In this document: positions 25,815 to 39,760 of the stretch, one piece after another
Numbering within the stretch: position 1 is the first letter of the stretch
How the letters are laid out: every line of letters begins with the position of its first letter
Assembly: GCA_051362555.1 (NCBI GenBank)
Contig: CM120640.1
Span: 33,871,967 to 33,935,966, forward strand
Direction: 5' to 3'
Length of the DNA: 64,000 nucleotides
Source of the DNA: Lingula anatina
Lineage: Eukaryota > Animalia > Brachiopoda
Made by a program: the position numbers and the translations under genes
The notes under the pieces: model-generated
Seen by the model: only the letters and a program-made list of their open reading frames with translations
What the model was told of the DNA's origin: nothing
The model's database searches: none

Positions 25815-26000
25815 TGCAGAATTGGCGTTTAGCAGCGTCGAAGGTTAAAATTGGGTCAAATATTTTATTTGTGAAGAAAATGCTCGACCTAGGATGAACC
25901 TCGACAACACGAATGATGCGACCCACGTAATGTGTGGAATTCGCCATCTTTTTATCTGCGGGATTTTCTATGAAGACGTGTCTCAGTGAGTTAAAAACCA
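22790..26000 (-). pseudogene. Decayed LRR relic C (contains the tandem duplication)
   Basis: VFNSLRHVFIEN, LISVNVV*TNQIYSV, KSYLKGN, LDLNG..NKITS; no TIR seen. Confidence 0.3.
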
Positions 26001-26109
26001 AAACGAAACAACTGTGAAAAAAATTTTTTTGAAAACCGTTTCATTTGGAAATGAAGCTTTGGACACCTAATCGTTAAGGGCTATCGGTTTCATGCTTAAC
26101 AGATGACAA

Positions 26110-28790
26110 AACATTTAAATTGTTTATCTTCAAGACCAGCGTACTTCATCTTACTTTTTAGGCCATGGAAGGTAAATTCATTGATTTTCGCCAAAAATCT
26201 AAATTTTCCATTATAATTTTCCCTTTTCGTCCAATTGTAACACTGAAAGCAATGTTTTATCAAAAAGATGAATCAATAATTTGTTCACTGCAGAGCCTGT
26301 TGCAAATAAATCTATTTACGTAAAAATGTCTTTTTATCCTTTTAAATTACACACATGTTGCTTGTAAACACATGTCATTTTGTTGCAAGAAACCCTTAAC
26401 TGCCATGTTACGGTAGATAAGAGTGAAAATGTACATGGGCTTGAGTTACCCATCTCAAGTGGATTCCGCCCCGAAGCGTCATTGGTACTTATTGCCCTTT
26501 TCTGATTTCACAAGTGGCTTCAAGCGTAATTTGTTGTCTATTTTAGATAGTTAACAATTACGAAATTTGCTGTTAAATACAATTACGAACTTTACTGAGA
26601 CAAGTACTTTACTAGACTATTTTTCATTACGATTACCCCACTAGTCAGAAAATCATTTGAAAAAAATTCACATTTTTGCTGATAAAATTTAAAAGAAATC
26701 ATTTTTAAAATTGAAAGAAATCTTTAAGGTAATGAATAAATCAATATTTTCCCATGGCTGGCAAAATTGCATTCTATGCTGCTTTGTTAATAAAGAAAAC
26801 CAAAATACCCCCCCCCCAAAAAAAAAAGGGGGGGGCGGGGAGATTGCGGAATAAGGGTTAGAAGAATTAAATCTGTGAATAACCTGTACTCATTTTTCAG
26901 TAATCGATTGTACCTGGCAAGTTTGTCAATGTAATTACTTGTCATGTTATTTAACCCCTTAATTATGCATGTTACTATACACGAGCATGGTTATGGTCGT
27001 TTTAGCAATTTAAATACCCATTCGTTTAAGTAAAATTGTTCTTCGAGGTTAAGACCTCCTTGTGTTTGTTTGCCCAAGCATAAGACTTGCCTCATCTTTT
27101 AAACATTTCATTCATAAAACTTAATATTGTGACATGGATACAGAGAGCTAGAATTGCCATTTGATTCAATAAATTGAGATTTGGTCGTGTTTTAAATTGT
27201 AAAAATAGTTTGATTTTAATCATTCTCGAAATCCTATGTCCTAAAGACATTAAACAGCGCTGTGGCACCCATAAAGCTAATTTTGATGTGCGTGTAACTA
27301 ATCTTGTTAATAATGAAAAACCAGTCTTAGTTTTCAGATGGTCATCACCACCAGTGTTCTGAAAGGTCAAATGACCGATAGTTTCAATGCGTATCAATGT
27401 CTCAAGCTCACGCCATCGCGAGGTAATTGTATTATAGTTTATGTTCATCTTTGCGGCCAATTGCCAACAATTTTCCATTTTAGTCGATAGCAATTTTACT
27501 GTGTCAATCAATCAAATAAATGAGGACATCGATACTAACGCAGTAAAATTCAAAGAATATATTTATCCCTACTGTTTCAACACGGCTGCCTCGACCGTTT
27601 GCCTTTTGTTCCATTAAAAGTGGGTCTGTGCATTTTCTAATCGTTTAATGCAAACAGAGCAACTATCTTGGAGAATAGTCGCATAACAACGGCTCGATCC
27701 CAGAACGATCCAGTCGCAAGACAGCTGATGCGTATTTATGTGTGAAATATGTGTGCGAACTTATGTTTACCATACTAAAAGCATACTAAAAGTTCACCGA
27801 TTCCGGCGGTTGATAGTAAAGTGTAAATAGCATTTTGATATGTTTTGACAGCTTCTAAAGTAAAAGTTTGTCTTAACAAGAAAATAAATAGGCATTATCT
27901 GATGTAAAAAAAGATCATCATTTTTACAGCAAACGTCAATGACTTTTTATTGCTACGAGAATGAAACTTGACAGCATCTAAGATATATGCAGTATGGCAT
28001 GTATCAAACTTGCCATTGAAGGCGAATTTCATCCGTTTTCAACATTTTTTTTCATTTTTGACTACATGATTAATTACACGTATCTACTCATATCGTAATG
28101 CAATTTGCTTTAACCATACACTTCACTTAAATGGAAAATAACCACATCTTCTTACCCTCTTTCGAAGCTTATACTTATTTAGCGGGTTCCTCGAAATTAC
28201 CAGAAATAGCAGTAATCCCTGAGCCAGTGTTTTGCCCAGACATTGTGTGTAGCAGTGAGTAAAACCATTACATGAAAAAAAAAACGCGCAACCTTCAATC
28301 ATTAAGGTCATCTGTATTGACGTACGTAATTCCACAATTAGGTTATATCTTCAGGTGTCAATGCTTTTAGCCGGTTACTGTCACATCGAATTCCCTGGTT
28401 TATCAGTCGTTGAACTATGCCTACTACCATATCTGCCTAAATGTACCTGCCATTCAACTTCACAATGCATAATTCAAAACCAGATTCTAAAATACAGAGA
28501 ACGGGTTCTAGAATGAGACACCTTATGACTTAAAAGTATGACATATTTATCATATTGAAATTTTCTTATATAATCGAAACAACAATTTAATATTTTACCT
28601 TATATCTGAAGTGGCTTTCTAGTTAACTTCCCAAAGGTTTCAAACTTGGTTCCCTTTTTACCTCGAAACTTATATTCTTGCGGTGATGTTACTTTCCTTC
28701 TATCCAGTTTCCTCTGACCGGAAAAAAAGAAGATGACCCGCAAAAACGACTTGAAAGTTGGGCGGTAGGCTGAGGAATACTGATGGGCCC
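26110..28790 (-). pseudogene. Decayed TLR-like relic D
   Basis: SIPQ/LPPNFQV (~28770), SNRLKALTPE, LVISRNPL, IETIGHLTFQN, LNEWVFKLLKR, then TIR-like RWV (~26455), LIYRN, IYLPWPKK*DEVRW (~26177). Confidence 0.5.
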
Positions 28791-29389
28791 TTAAATCATC
28801 CCAGACAAGACCAACCTGGGACCATCACAACAAACGCGCGACAACAATCAGTCAGACGCGAGTGATACAGGCCCCGAAATTAATGTGCTGCCACAAGATG
28901 AGACGTGCATTACTAACAGAGAGATGGGCTTGCCTATTGTTCTTTAATGTTAATCGGTAATCGTTATGACCACGCTATCACCCCGCGCCGATAATGAAGA
29001 CGGCATTGTTCGCAGGGAGTGAACTGCGACCTGTCTGACTTTCCTGGTGGAAAGTTAGAGAGTTAATTCATAATGTAAACGCAAAAAATGCAAGTTAAGC
29101 TATATGGTGCGTTCTTACTGTCACAAATGAAACCTCCTTGGCCTATTTCTGTGTATTCCTTAAGAGAAGCGTAAGCTATCTCTAAAATGATTTGTAATAG
29201 CACTTCAAAAACTGATGTGAGAAGATAGGACTTGAAAAATGATGAAAGATGAAAATGATTCGTATTATTTTCTGTCTATGCCTTATTTCATTAATTACCT
29301 AAATCAGCTGTAAGTATACTAAGATATTTAAATCACTGACAAAATATTTAGACAATTTATGCTATGGATTCAATTTCTAAAACTTGGAT

Positions 29390-31000
29390 AGCATCCAAAC
29401 ATACCTTTAACCAAAAGAACTTCACAAAGAATTTGAATTGCTGATAAAACGTAAAAAATACATTATAATCATCATACTCTATTTTTAAAATGAAATTATG
29501 TGTCAACACACTATTAAACACAATACGCCGAGAAGGAAGTGCATAAGAATTCATGTTTATGTTAAAAAAAGAATGTAAATATTGATGTCAAAGCAGGTTT
29601 TTATTAGCATTGAATCACTTATATTTGTCACGATGGAAATAGCCAGATGGACCAACTGTAAAAAAAGACGTCGTAATTCAACAGCAAGAGTGAAGGACCA
29701 TAACGACTGTCAAATGAAATCATGTCCAAATTCTAATTTGTTTTGATGAAATAATTTTGAAACATTTTTTTGAATGAATGAGAAACGTAAAGCTGATAGC
29801 AGGCACTTACATATGTGCGAGAAAATCTATTAAAGGAGTATTTCACGCAAAAATACTTTCTCTTTAAGGTGCTTTCAATCAAGTGTGGGAGATCTTAATC
29901 TAAGCACACTGTTAATGGTATATTTTACGCAAAATAATCCGCCTACTTTCTCTTTTTTTAAAGACATGACTTCTACGAGGTGTGTTGCCAAATAAACTGA
30001 GTGCATTCTTTGTTTGTTATGCCATTAAACTGCAATCATACTTTTTGATTGGATCAATGTAGCAACTATTTGGTTAGTCATATATGTAATGTTCATATTA
30101 ACAGTTATGAACGAGTAAAATTTTCTAGATGTGTAGGTTTTGTAAGTATAACCGGCAGCCCAATGTAAATATCGTACCTCTCGTACCAGAGAAAAGAGGT
30201 AATTTGTAAATACTATTTAGACATTATATTGAGAATTATTTGCGTGTAATAAATCGTCGTAACATATTCAATTGTTCAATCCGCACATTTTGTGCATCGT
30301 TGTGGCAAGTGAATACCACAGCAAAAGAATGTTCCTTAAAGTACGCGACCATGAACAAAAGAAAAAAAAAGAACACCCAAAACCATATTTAGAACAACGC
30401 CTATAAAAAGACTCCCCGGACTTCCTTTGACCTAAGTATGATAAATATCTTAATGGGAGTGTTTATTTTGGTGTGATAAAAGAGTTGATTATTATGTCAC
30501 ATAACATCTAGTAGAAACTTCAAACTTCACGATGTAAAAAATATTGCCATCAAACTGACACATTTAAAAGGCTGCACACATATAAATATTCAGGTTATGG
30601 TGCATTAATGAAGAATATCACGATAAAATACCGGCCCAACATGCATGTAAATGCACCTCAGTATACGATACAAACTATTCTTTGATTTTTTTTCTTTCTT
30701 TTTCCCTTTTCTAATCTTCAATCTTCATTTGTTTAATTTTCACTATACCAATTTAGGTTGCATTCTTTTATTTTCTTTTTTTTCATTTTATTCAGTTATA
30801 CGAATCTTCACTTTGTACCTCCATGCATTTCTTAAGAACGAAACCAAGTAAGGATTGTCCATGTGGTTTGTGGTCTAATCAAGAAAACGTGAACAGTTAA
30901 AAAGACTGGTTCTTTTATAATTTAAGAATATGATAAGAGCCACTATGGCTTTCACCACACTGTCTCTATCATCCTGGTCGGTTACTTCATATAACGCGTG
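29390..31000 (-). pseudogene. Decayed TLR-like relic E (3' part; 5' part interrupted by transposons)
   Basis: FLD*TTNHM, SLKFLLDV..HNNQL, YDCSLM, then TIR boxes in order YDVFF (~29675), SRRIV..VLTHNF (~29533), FWLKV..AI (~29416); box spacing shorter than consensus. Confidence 0.45.
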
Positions 31001-31094
31001 CGACGCTGGGGAAATGACCACTCCCTGCTATTGCTTTGTCCTAAGGTACTTTGAGTAAAATCTTGGACTTACATTTTTCGTTACCGTTCAAAAT

Positions 31095-31273
31095 CAGGCC
31101 CGTAGCCGGTGTGAGGGTGTTGGGGGTATTAACGAACCGCTCATTTTGTCCGGAAAAGGTCCGCTCTGGGTAAAAATTGATCTAGGCAGGGTCCTACACG
31201 AAGGTTTCATGGGAAAAGGTCTACTTTTTCAGAAAAAGACCCTCACCCTTTGAAAATACTGGCTAGGGGCCTG
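31095..31273. mobile_element. MITE
   Basis: TIRs CAGGCCCGTAGCC ... GGCTAGGGGCCTG; no clean target-site duplication. Confidence 0.7.
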
Positions 31274-31326
31274 CAGTTTTAAGTATCCATGGGCTAATTC
31301 ATCAGGTGTTACTCAGTCGTGTGGCC

Positions 31327-33050
31327 CAGTCCAGATCCCAATATTGAAAGTCCTGGTTAAAAAACGCTGAAGTTGCCAGTTGACACTAAAATTAACCCAA
31401 GCACCATACGGGAAATGTGAGAAAAAATTGAAAAAAAAATCACTATTTCCTTAAAAGCAATTTATTTGAATTACTTTCTTATTTTTCGATAATAATAGTT
31501 TTTTCTAACTTTTTCCTACTCCTAACTAATTCCTGATCTACACATGCAAGTACCATACTGGAATGTCAGAGAAAAAAATATTAAAATCATCTTTTTTTGC
31601 ACAGCATTATTAATATATCATATTTTAATGCTTATTTGGTTTTCTACCTTAATTTGCAAGGCCTATTTGATTTTCTAACTTTTATTCGTACTCGTAGCTG
31701 AATTAACTACTAGGCTATTCCTAGGCTGACCTACACTTTTGCCTGATCTATCCTACACATAGCCTGGCCTACACCTAAACCTACCCCAGGTGTCTTCGTG
31801 TCTGTCGGTATCGAAGAAGGCTTCGAACCACGTGCGTTACCAAATTACGCCACCGACGAGGACATGTTTGTAGCCGAATTTCCTGGTGTATTTACCTGTA
31901 CACTTTATCTTGAAATTTAAATATTTTAAACACACGTTAGTGAAAAAAGAAGAAGACGGTCCCCGATTTATTCTGTTAGAGGGCCTTTCGCCTTTACCTC
32001 CTGCGATATCGACGCTGTTGAAAGGTTAATGGCGTAGAATGGTATGCTTAGTTGTACTCACTATCCAATTCACAGAGATTTCGTATTTTCCTAAACATGG
32101 GTCACTATTTAGATGGTAGAGATGCAGAGTGGTCTTTTGGGCTTTTTTATGAACGTAAGTGAACACTATGTGGAACTACCTGAACTGAATTCTTAAAATA
32201 TAATTTACACACACTGAAGCTCATAAGTTAAACAACACTTACTTATTACTTAATTTGCTACCAAGCTTTTTAATGAGGCAAAATTTGTACAGTAGCTAGA
32301 TATGTCTCTTGTTCTTAATTTGAACTACTGGACCGTGACTTATGAGTACTATTCACTGTTGGACAGAGAAGAGTATGCTCTAGGAGTATCATGTGCGAAA
32401 AATACATGTTAATATTTGGTTGACTGTGTCTGTTTTTCAGTATTTAGTTTTTTTTTATGAAAACACTTTTTGAAAATAAACATGGGATATGTAAGAGATA
32501 AACCATAAAGGATCGGTGACTGAAGGTGTAAAAGATTACCACGGCCAATAAGAGCCTTAGTCCCGTGATAGAAAATAGAACTATCCACTGGTTTTGCAAT
32601 ATCAAGAGGGTGAAATATATTAGATAATAGGGCATTTTTTCCTTCTGTGAAGAAATGTTCATTTTACCATTTTAGTTTCAATGGAAAAACGGAAATCAGT
32701 TCATTTTGGAAATGAAAATGATAAGACGGATGTATACATAAACGCAGACAAAAATGCAGCCCTTAAAAGTTTAACTCTACAAGATTCTAGGATTATTCCT
32801 GGTTTTGTACGAGTTATTGGAGAATTAGTAGAAAAATTAAAGAAGAATGAATTAAGGAATTTCAGATACTTTAAAAACCTCTATTCGGTTATGAAAAAAT
32901 AAAGCGCAATCGCTGTGTGTGGCTCTGTGAGATAGGCTGCTGCCTAAATATAAGTGGAAAAGAGATCAACTTAAGGTTGGATCATTTCTATTAAGGACTT
33001 TTTGTGACACGAATTTGGTAGAAAGTAGATTTTTCTATCGCGAAACCTGG
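31327..33050 (+). mobile_element. Non-autonomous long-TIR DNA transposon-like element, copy 1 (one TIR plus body)
   Basis: 31331-31680 recurs directly at 34898-35292; 31561-33050 recurs inverted at about 35360-36840; terminus YAGWCCAGATCCCAAT. Confidence 0.7.
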
Positions 33051-33768
33051 ATACCGTTATTTAAATGCGAACGTTTTTTGAAAGCCAGCCCAGGATAAGT
33101 GTTAACACACAGGCCTATAGTCAGCATTTGAAAAAAATTATATATAAAAATAATCACATATACTAAAATTCAAACGACAATAACCAAAAAACATAAAAGT
33201 GAAAAACAAAAAACTGCGCTAACTGGTCGAATGATCAACTGTCATTACTTACCCACAATTCTCACAACTAGCACAACTAGCACAATATACAGTGTCCCCC
33301 CCCCCCTCCCGTTCAACCGAATAGAACAATATTTCTCCTAGACAATAACCGACACGTAATAACAGACTTAACAGATCTATTGGTTTAGCACTATTGAGGT
33401 TGATCTTAACTTGCTTTATTGCTTATGACGCTTCCACCTTGTAGTTGATATCCTGTTACTTGGTTTTAATGTGAAAGATGAGGGCGTAAATCAGCTTATC
33501 CCAACCACAGCCTGGAGAGTCAATCCACAAGAAAGTTGTAAAGTCGCATTTTGCAACCAAAGAAATACGTAAACGCGATTTGCGACTGTACATAACGCAT
33601 CAAGCAATCAATTTCTTTTCAGTAATTGTAAAGATTTGAAATAAGATAGAGATAGAATTGGGATGGGAACGGGGTTGCCTCGACACCGTAGGCTGAATTT
33701 GGTGTCTGCCCCCTGGGTGGATAATTTATATTTTATACACATCGTTTAATATTCGATGTACTCCACGC

Positions 33769-33815
<47 letters not shown>
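33769..33815. repeat. (TAA)n microsatellite
   Basis: Direct reading. Confidence 0.9.
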
Positions 33816-33816
<1 letters not shown>

Positions 33817-33919
33817 TTTTTGAGCATTAAATGTGTAGGGCCTACAGGTTCCTTATTTTTTAACCAATGAAGTCGCTTTCTATCATGAAGTATTTTCTAT
33901 GTTTACATACAGGGTATAC

Positions 33920-34040
33920 TAAGGGCGTAAGGGGTAATTAACTATCGTGCCCACTCGGCTGACAGCTATTTAGCGTGAACCCCCAGGGAGTTAGGTCGAT
34001 CTAGTTTGGATCGATCTAATCTCTGGGAATGGGGTCTAAG
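33920..34040 (+). mobile_element. Partial copy of the MITE at 45616-45839
   Basis: Matches 45720-45839 (ggtaattaact..cccccagggag..gatcgatcta..ctctgggaatg). Confidence 0.75.
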
Positions 34041-34894
34041 ATTTTACCGGGTGTTATAATACTTTTAATACTGTCAAACATTTAATTCTTATAGTTGAGA
34101 AGTTGCATCATTTTTTTAATTTACGCGAAACTTCGTGAAGTCTTTTGGCGCTGGATATTATGTTTAGTCATCTGATATTTTCGTAATATTTTAGCCATTA
34201 ATAAAATCTACATTTCAGTTCGTAGGAGCACCTCCTAAGGACTTCGCAAGAGGAAGGAGCAAGTGTCTTTTGCGTGTTATATACGGCGCACGCTCTCACA
34301 CCGGGAATGCGTCGTACGTGCGTCACCCCCACGCCAAGAGTATAAAAAGCGTGCTCATGACGCACGCTGGTGTCTCGACAATGAAGGACGATTGTGCATC
34401 GTGTACAACAATTGTCAAAAATTTCAAAATTTGCTTAATTAAGCTTCTAATATGCCTCTCCAAAAGGCAAGAGAAAGAAGCTAAGAGAGCAGAAAAGAAG
34501 GGAGGAGGTAGAAGAAAGAAGGTGAGCAGCACGTCATCACAAGCATGTAAGGCAAGTGTGAAGCAAAAGTGACCAAAAAGGAAACTTTTTTCGCCGTGTG
34601 TTGCATTCTCTTCGTAAGTGATAAATGCGTACCACGTACGCAGGTAGCAAAACGAACTCAAGAAATGAGTACAATTTCCACGGCCATCGCACCTTGCAAT
34701 TAGCGCCCCTACTTGAAAGGGCACCTCACGTGGCCCCTGCGACTCCCATGGCAGACTTGCACCTTTCCATTGAAAATTTTTCCTCTACCTCTACGAACTC
34801 CACGGCCTCCACTGCACCCAAAATTCGTAGGGGACGTATGGTCCTAAAATTCGTGCGTCCAGTTGTGACCGAGGCTTTTAAGTTTAAACTGAAC

Positions 34895-36840
34895 TAGACC
34901 AGATCCCAATTGTAAGCAACAATACTGAAAGTCCTGGGGGAAAACGCTGTAGTTTGCACCATAACCAGCCAGTTAACACTAAAATTAACCCAAGCACCAT
35001 CCTGGGAATGTCACAAAAAATGAAAAAATCACTATTTTTTTTACAGCACTTCATTTGAATTACTTTCTTATTTTTCGATACTTTTTTGATTTTCCAACTT
35101 ATTTTTCCAATTCCCAGCTAACTCCTAGGCTTTTCCTAGGCTAACCTACACCTACAAGCACCATGATGGAAATGTCAGAAAAAAAATTAAAATCATTTTT
35201 TGCATAGAATTTTTATCGTATTTACTATTTTAATGCTTATTTGGTTTTTCTAACTCATTTGGCAGTGTCTATTTGAATGACTATTTGATTTTGAATATTA
35301 ATATATTAATTTTTTTGCAAGATTTACACAAAAAGCTTTACAAATTATCACTTTATGTCACCAGAGTTTTACCGATAAAAACTACTATCTTCCACAATCG
35401 TATCACAAAAAGTCCTTAATAGAAATGATCCAACCTAAAGTTCATTTCTTTTTCACTTATATCTAGGCAGCAGCCTATTTCACAGAGCCACACACAGCGA
35501 TGGCGCATTATTTTTTCATAACCGAATATATTCTTTGATAAATTTTCTTACTTAATCTCTAATATAACATGCAAAACCAGGAATAATCCTAGAGTCTTGT
35601 AGAGTAAAACTTTCAAGGGCTGCATTTTTGTCTGTATATGTATACAACCGTCTTATGATTTTCATTTCCAAAATGAAAATTAAAAAACGAACTGATTTCT
35701 GTATTTCCATTGAAACAAAAATGGTAAAATGAACATTTTAGATTCTCTCATGTCTTCACAGAAGGAGAAAAATGCCCTATAATCTAATATATTTCACCCT
35801 CTTGATATTGCACATCAGTGGATATTCTATTTTCTATCACGACACTAAGGCTCTTGTGGGTCGTGGTAATCTTTTACACATTAAGTCACCGATCCTTTAT
35901 GGTTTATCTCTTACATATATCCCATGTTTATTTTTAAAAAGCATTTTCATAAAAAATTGATACTGAAAAACAGACACAGTCAACCAAATATTAACATGTA
36001 TTTTTCGCACATGGTACTCTTTGTGCATACTTCCAACTATTCTGTCCATCAGTGAATAGTACTCATAAGTCAGGGTCCAGTAGTTCAAAGTAAGAACAAG
36101 AGACATAGCTATTGTACACATTTTGCCTCATTAAAAAGCTTGGTAGCTGAGTAAATTAAGAAATAAGTAAGTGTTGCTTAACTTATGAGCATCAATGTGT
36201 GTAAATTATATTTTAAGAATTCAGTTCAGGTAGTTGGCGATGCAGTTCCACATAGTGTTCACTTACGTTCATAAAAAAACCAATAGACCACTCTGTATCT
36301 CTACCATCTAAATAGCGACTCATATTTAGGAAAATACGAAATCTCTGCAGCTAATATTACCATTCTACGCGATTGGAACCTCGGCAGCATCGGCGGAGCA
36401 GGAGGTAAAGGCGAGGAGCATTCAAACAAAATGAAACTGCTTCGAGTCCAATCTTGGACTTTCTATTTTTCACTAACGCGTTTGAAATATTTAAATTTCA
36501 AGATAAAGAGTACAGGTAAATACACCAGGAAATTCAATTGCAAACGTGTCCTCGTCGGTGGCGCAATTGGTAGCGCACGTGGTTCGAAGCCTTCTTCGAT
36601 ACCGACGGACACGAAGACGCCTGGAGTAGGTTTAGGTGTAGGCCAGGCTAGGTGTAGGTTATATCAGGCAAAAGTGTAGGTCAGCCTAGGAATAGCCTAG
36701 GCTTCAGATACGAGTAGGAATAAAAGTTATAAATTCAAGTAGGAAAGTCAAAGTAAGTTAGAAAACCAAATAAGATTTAAGAAATTAAACTAAAAAAAGT
36801 TGTGCAAAAAAGGTGATTTTTAAACTTTTTTCTGACATTA
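34895..36840 (-). mobile_element. Non-autonomous long-TIR element, copy 2 (opposite orientation; one full and one partial TIR)
   Basis: Diverged inverted copy of 31561-33050; ORFs 32444..32662(-) and 35772..35960(+) are homologous. Confidence 0.7.
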
Positions 36841-36989
36841 TTCTTGGTGTGAACGATTATATTCATGTATAATGTATCTTTTGTTATGTTCTAGAGCATT
36901 ATAGTGAGGAATTGATATTGGTCCTCAATTTTTTAAGAAATGGAAGAAATGAAAAGTTGAATTTTGAAAAAAAAAAAAAAGAAACCAAT

Positions 36990-39760
36990 AAACGCCATTT
37001 GCATGTGGCAAATACATCTTTGGTACAAAGGAAACAAACCAAATGATTCCTTCTTTGTTGAGAGAGTTTGAAGGAATGAATATACATGTATATAAATATA
37101 ATCAATATGTGGGAATGAATTTTGCTCTAGATTCTGTTAAATAAAGACAGAAAACCCAGGCACACGTCCCTCACGACCCATGAAATAAATGAAGCAAACA
37201 GTTAACGGTTTTTTATAGAAACCGACGTCAAGTAGGAGCTGGTGGCTTTGCTATGTGACTTCCTCAATAAATTTCTAAATATACATTTACATGTACCATT
37301 TAACCTTGGAAGTTTGTTAAATCCTTCTCTAAGTGATGTGTGTTTTTCCTGGTAATAAAAGCAATGCCGTGTTAAATATGAAGTGAGTTAGGCCTACAAG
37401 TTGAAATTATTTAAAACGTGCTTCCACAACACAGAACGAGATTCTCTTACGTGAACAAGAATGATAAGATGGCACCTAGGCAAACATTGCCTGCGACCGT
37501 CTTCACTATCACAATCATGGTTATCAATACAAACCTTTTCTATTTCTACTATTGCATTTTGAGACATGTTCATTCTTAAATGGTCCCCTGTCAACCAAGA
37601 GTATTGAGAGACTTATTTAATCAAACTCATATTAAAAAACCTATGTTATTTCTACAACCTAAATGATACGACAACACTGTCTTTTTTATTCCCTGTCCAC
37701 CCAAAAATGACTGAAGTGTGTGGTATTTATTGACCCTTTCTAAAGAAAATTTGGGAGTCAGCGATTCTGGATACGTACATGCGATATCACTGGTGCATAA
37801 TGTATGCAAAGCACCTTAAAAAAAGACACGAATTTAATTAAGACGACAGTTACACATGTTTTATATGTATGTAATGTTTGATATATTTGATAAGCACATT
37901 TGAAATGCCGCCTCATTTTTGTATTACAATAAGCGGAGTTATTTCGTGTTAAGACGGGTCGTGTAATAAATTGTGACATCTGTTTCATGCCCCCTGAGAT
38001 ACTTACAGACAAAACCTCTCAACTGACCGATGCTGTCCGCCGAAAAAGGTACGAGAGGGTTATTCAAAGTTGTGATCACTTATTTTTCCCTCAAACTCAG
38101 GGTACATGTATCATTACATAAACCTGAATCTATTCTAGGACAAGTGTTTTTTATTACTCATTTTTAATGTTGATGACAGTGCACATCTTTTGAAATCGCC
38201 AATTTAAATTGGTTCTCTGTCATAAAAGAGAATAAAAATTTACACTTGAGATGTTCGTCTTTATACGCCCTAAACTTCACAAAGTAAAACCACCACCCTA
38301 AATGCTACTCGCTCTCATGAGTATGTGATCTTTTTGATCTTATTAAGTGTTTCCTTGATTGACACCCATGTCAAGTGTCAGATGTCTTTCATATTTTTAC
38401 AGTTTAGTATTTTCTGGTGCGTGTAGCATAAATTGCAGCCCTTAAGTGCATATCATGAAAAAATTCTTATAAAAATTGATACGCAAGTATTGCTTTGCAT
38501 TTTATACAGTCTATAAAAGATACCATATTATTTACGAAAAACGGGTTGACAAGAAACGCTGCCATTTGAGAATCCGCAGTTGTGGATTTTCCAGCGGAAA
38601 TAAGCAATTTTCTAGTACTTTACTGGATTCGACCTTCAATGGAATTTAAAAAGGTCTAGTTGATTTTGTTTAAAATGACTGACCAGCCATTATTACCAGC
38701 GACCATCTGCTTAAGCTCCGATGGAAATACCAACATCTGGTACGGCGCAGAAAAAAAATAATATAAGGGGTTTAAATCGTTTTTAAGGTGTGTGTCTTCC
38801 CATGAGTAACTAGCCATACGTGAAACCCTAACAAGAGAAACGGGCTGAATTGAACGCGTCCCACTGAAATTTTCCGCGGTTTCCCCTTTCATTCCCCTGT
38901 AAGAAATATCTTTAAAATGATTGTCAGAATGGACTCGGGATTTCCGTCGACTTTTTAAATGTTCTATGCCGCTCAACCACGGTTTAAATGCTTAACCATC
39001 CTGCTTTACATTCATGTCACCTCATAATCACACTACTTAACGGACATATCACAAAATAAAAGGTAATAAACAGCACATTTAATTGAATTTAAATTTGAAT
39101 TTATTTTGTTTGTTAAAAGCTAAATGACCATTTAAAGAAATGGAAGTTTAACTATAATGTTAACACCTGTGACAGTTTGAAATAAAGTTAATATCAATAA
39201 TTAATGTTCTTTTACATGAGCATTGTATGTCTAAACGGACAATATATGCAGTAAACATTCGGCAATGACAATTTAAGACAAAATGTTGTAAAACGTGAGA
39301 GCGTTTTCAATGGCATCTTTTAACCAACTTGAATAATAATCAGGGCGGTATCTTTGAAATATGTATAACTTTTTAAAATGAAATCTATGGCAGCACCCCC
39401 TATCAATATCCATTATGCCACACCACGTGTGTTATTAATGGCCAATATATTCCATATGCATTACAGGCCGAGTCTTGAAAAAGAGATAAAGTGCAACAGT
39501 GTGCGAAACTACTATTTGATTCCAGTTCAATGTATTTTTTTTAGGTGAGAAACGCACACGGCACACGGCATTTTATTGTCCATAAATCCACGAAATCAAG
39601 AAAACACTAACTTATCTATAATCTCATGTGCCTGTTTGCTCGGATTTGCATATACATTGTACATGTATGACTATGAGTGGGAGAGATCGGGATGCGCTTA
39701 AATGAACGTGCAGTGCAAAAAAGCAACACATAGTTCAGGCACGTCCAAAATGTATTATAA
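36990..39760 (-). pseudogene. Decayed LRR/TLR-like relic F
   Basis: CTARSFKRIP (~39717), SDNHFKDISYRGMKG, LTLDMGVNQ, HLRMNMSQNAIVEI, LRRCT-like stretch near 37200; truncated near the element at 36840. Confidence 0.4.

Noticed and set aside
33330-33620. TIR-like words (SRRNIVLF on the minus strand, YDAS on the plus strand)
   Set aside because: Isolated and on conflicting strands; could not be placed in a collinear model
36545-36613. Functional tRNA gene
   Set aside because: No anticodon arm, A-box to B-box spacing only 10 nt, and it lies within a repeated element
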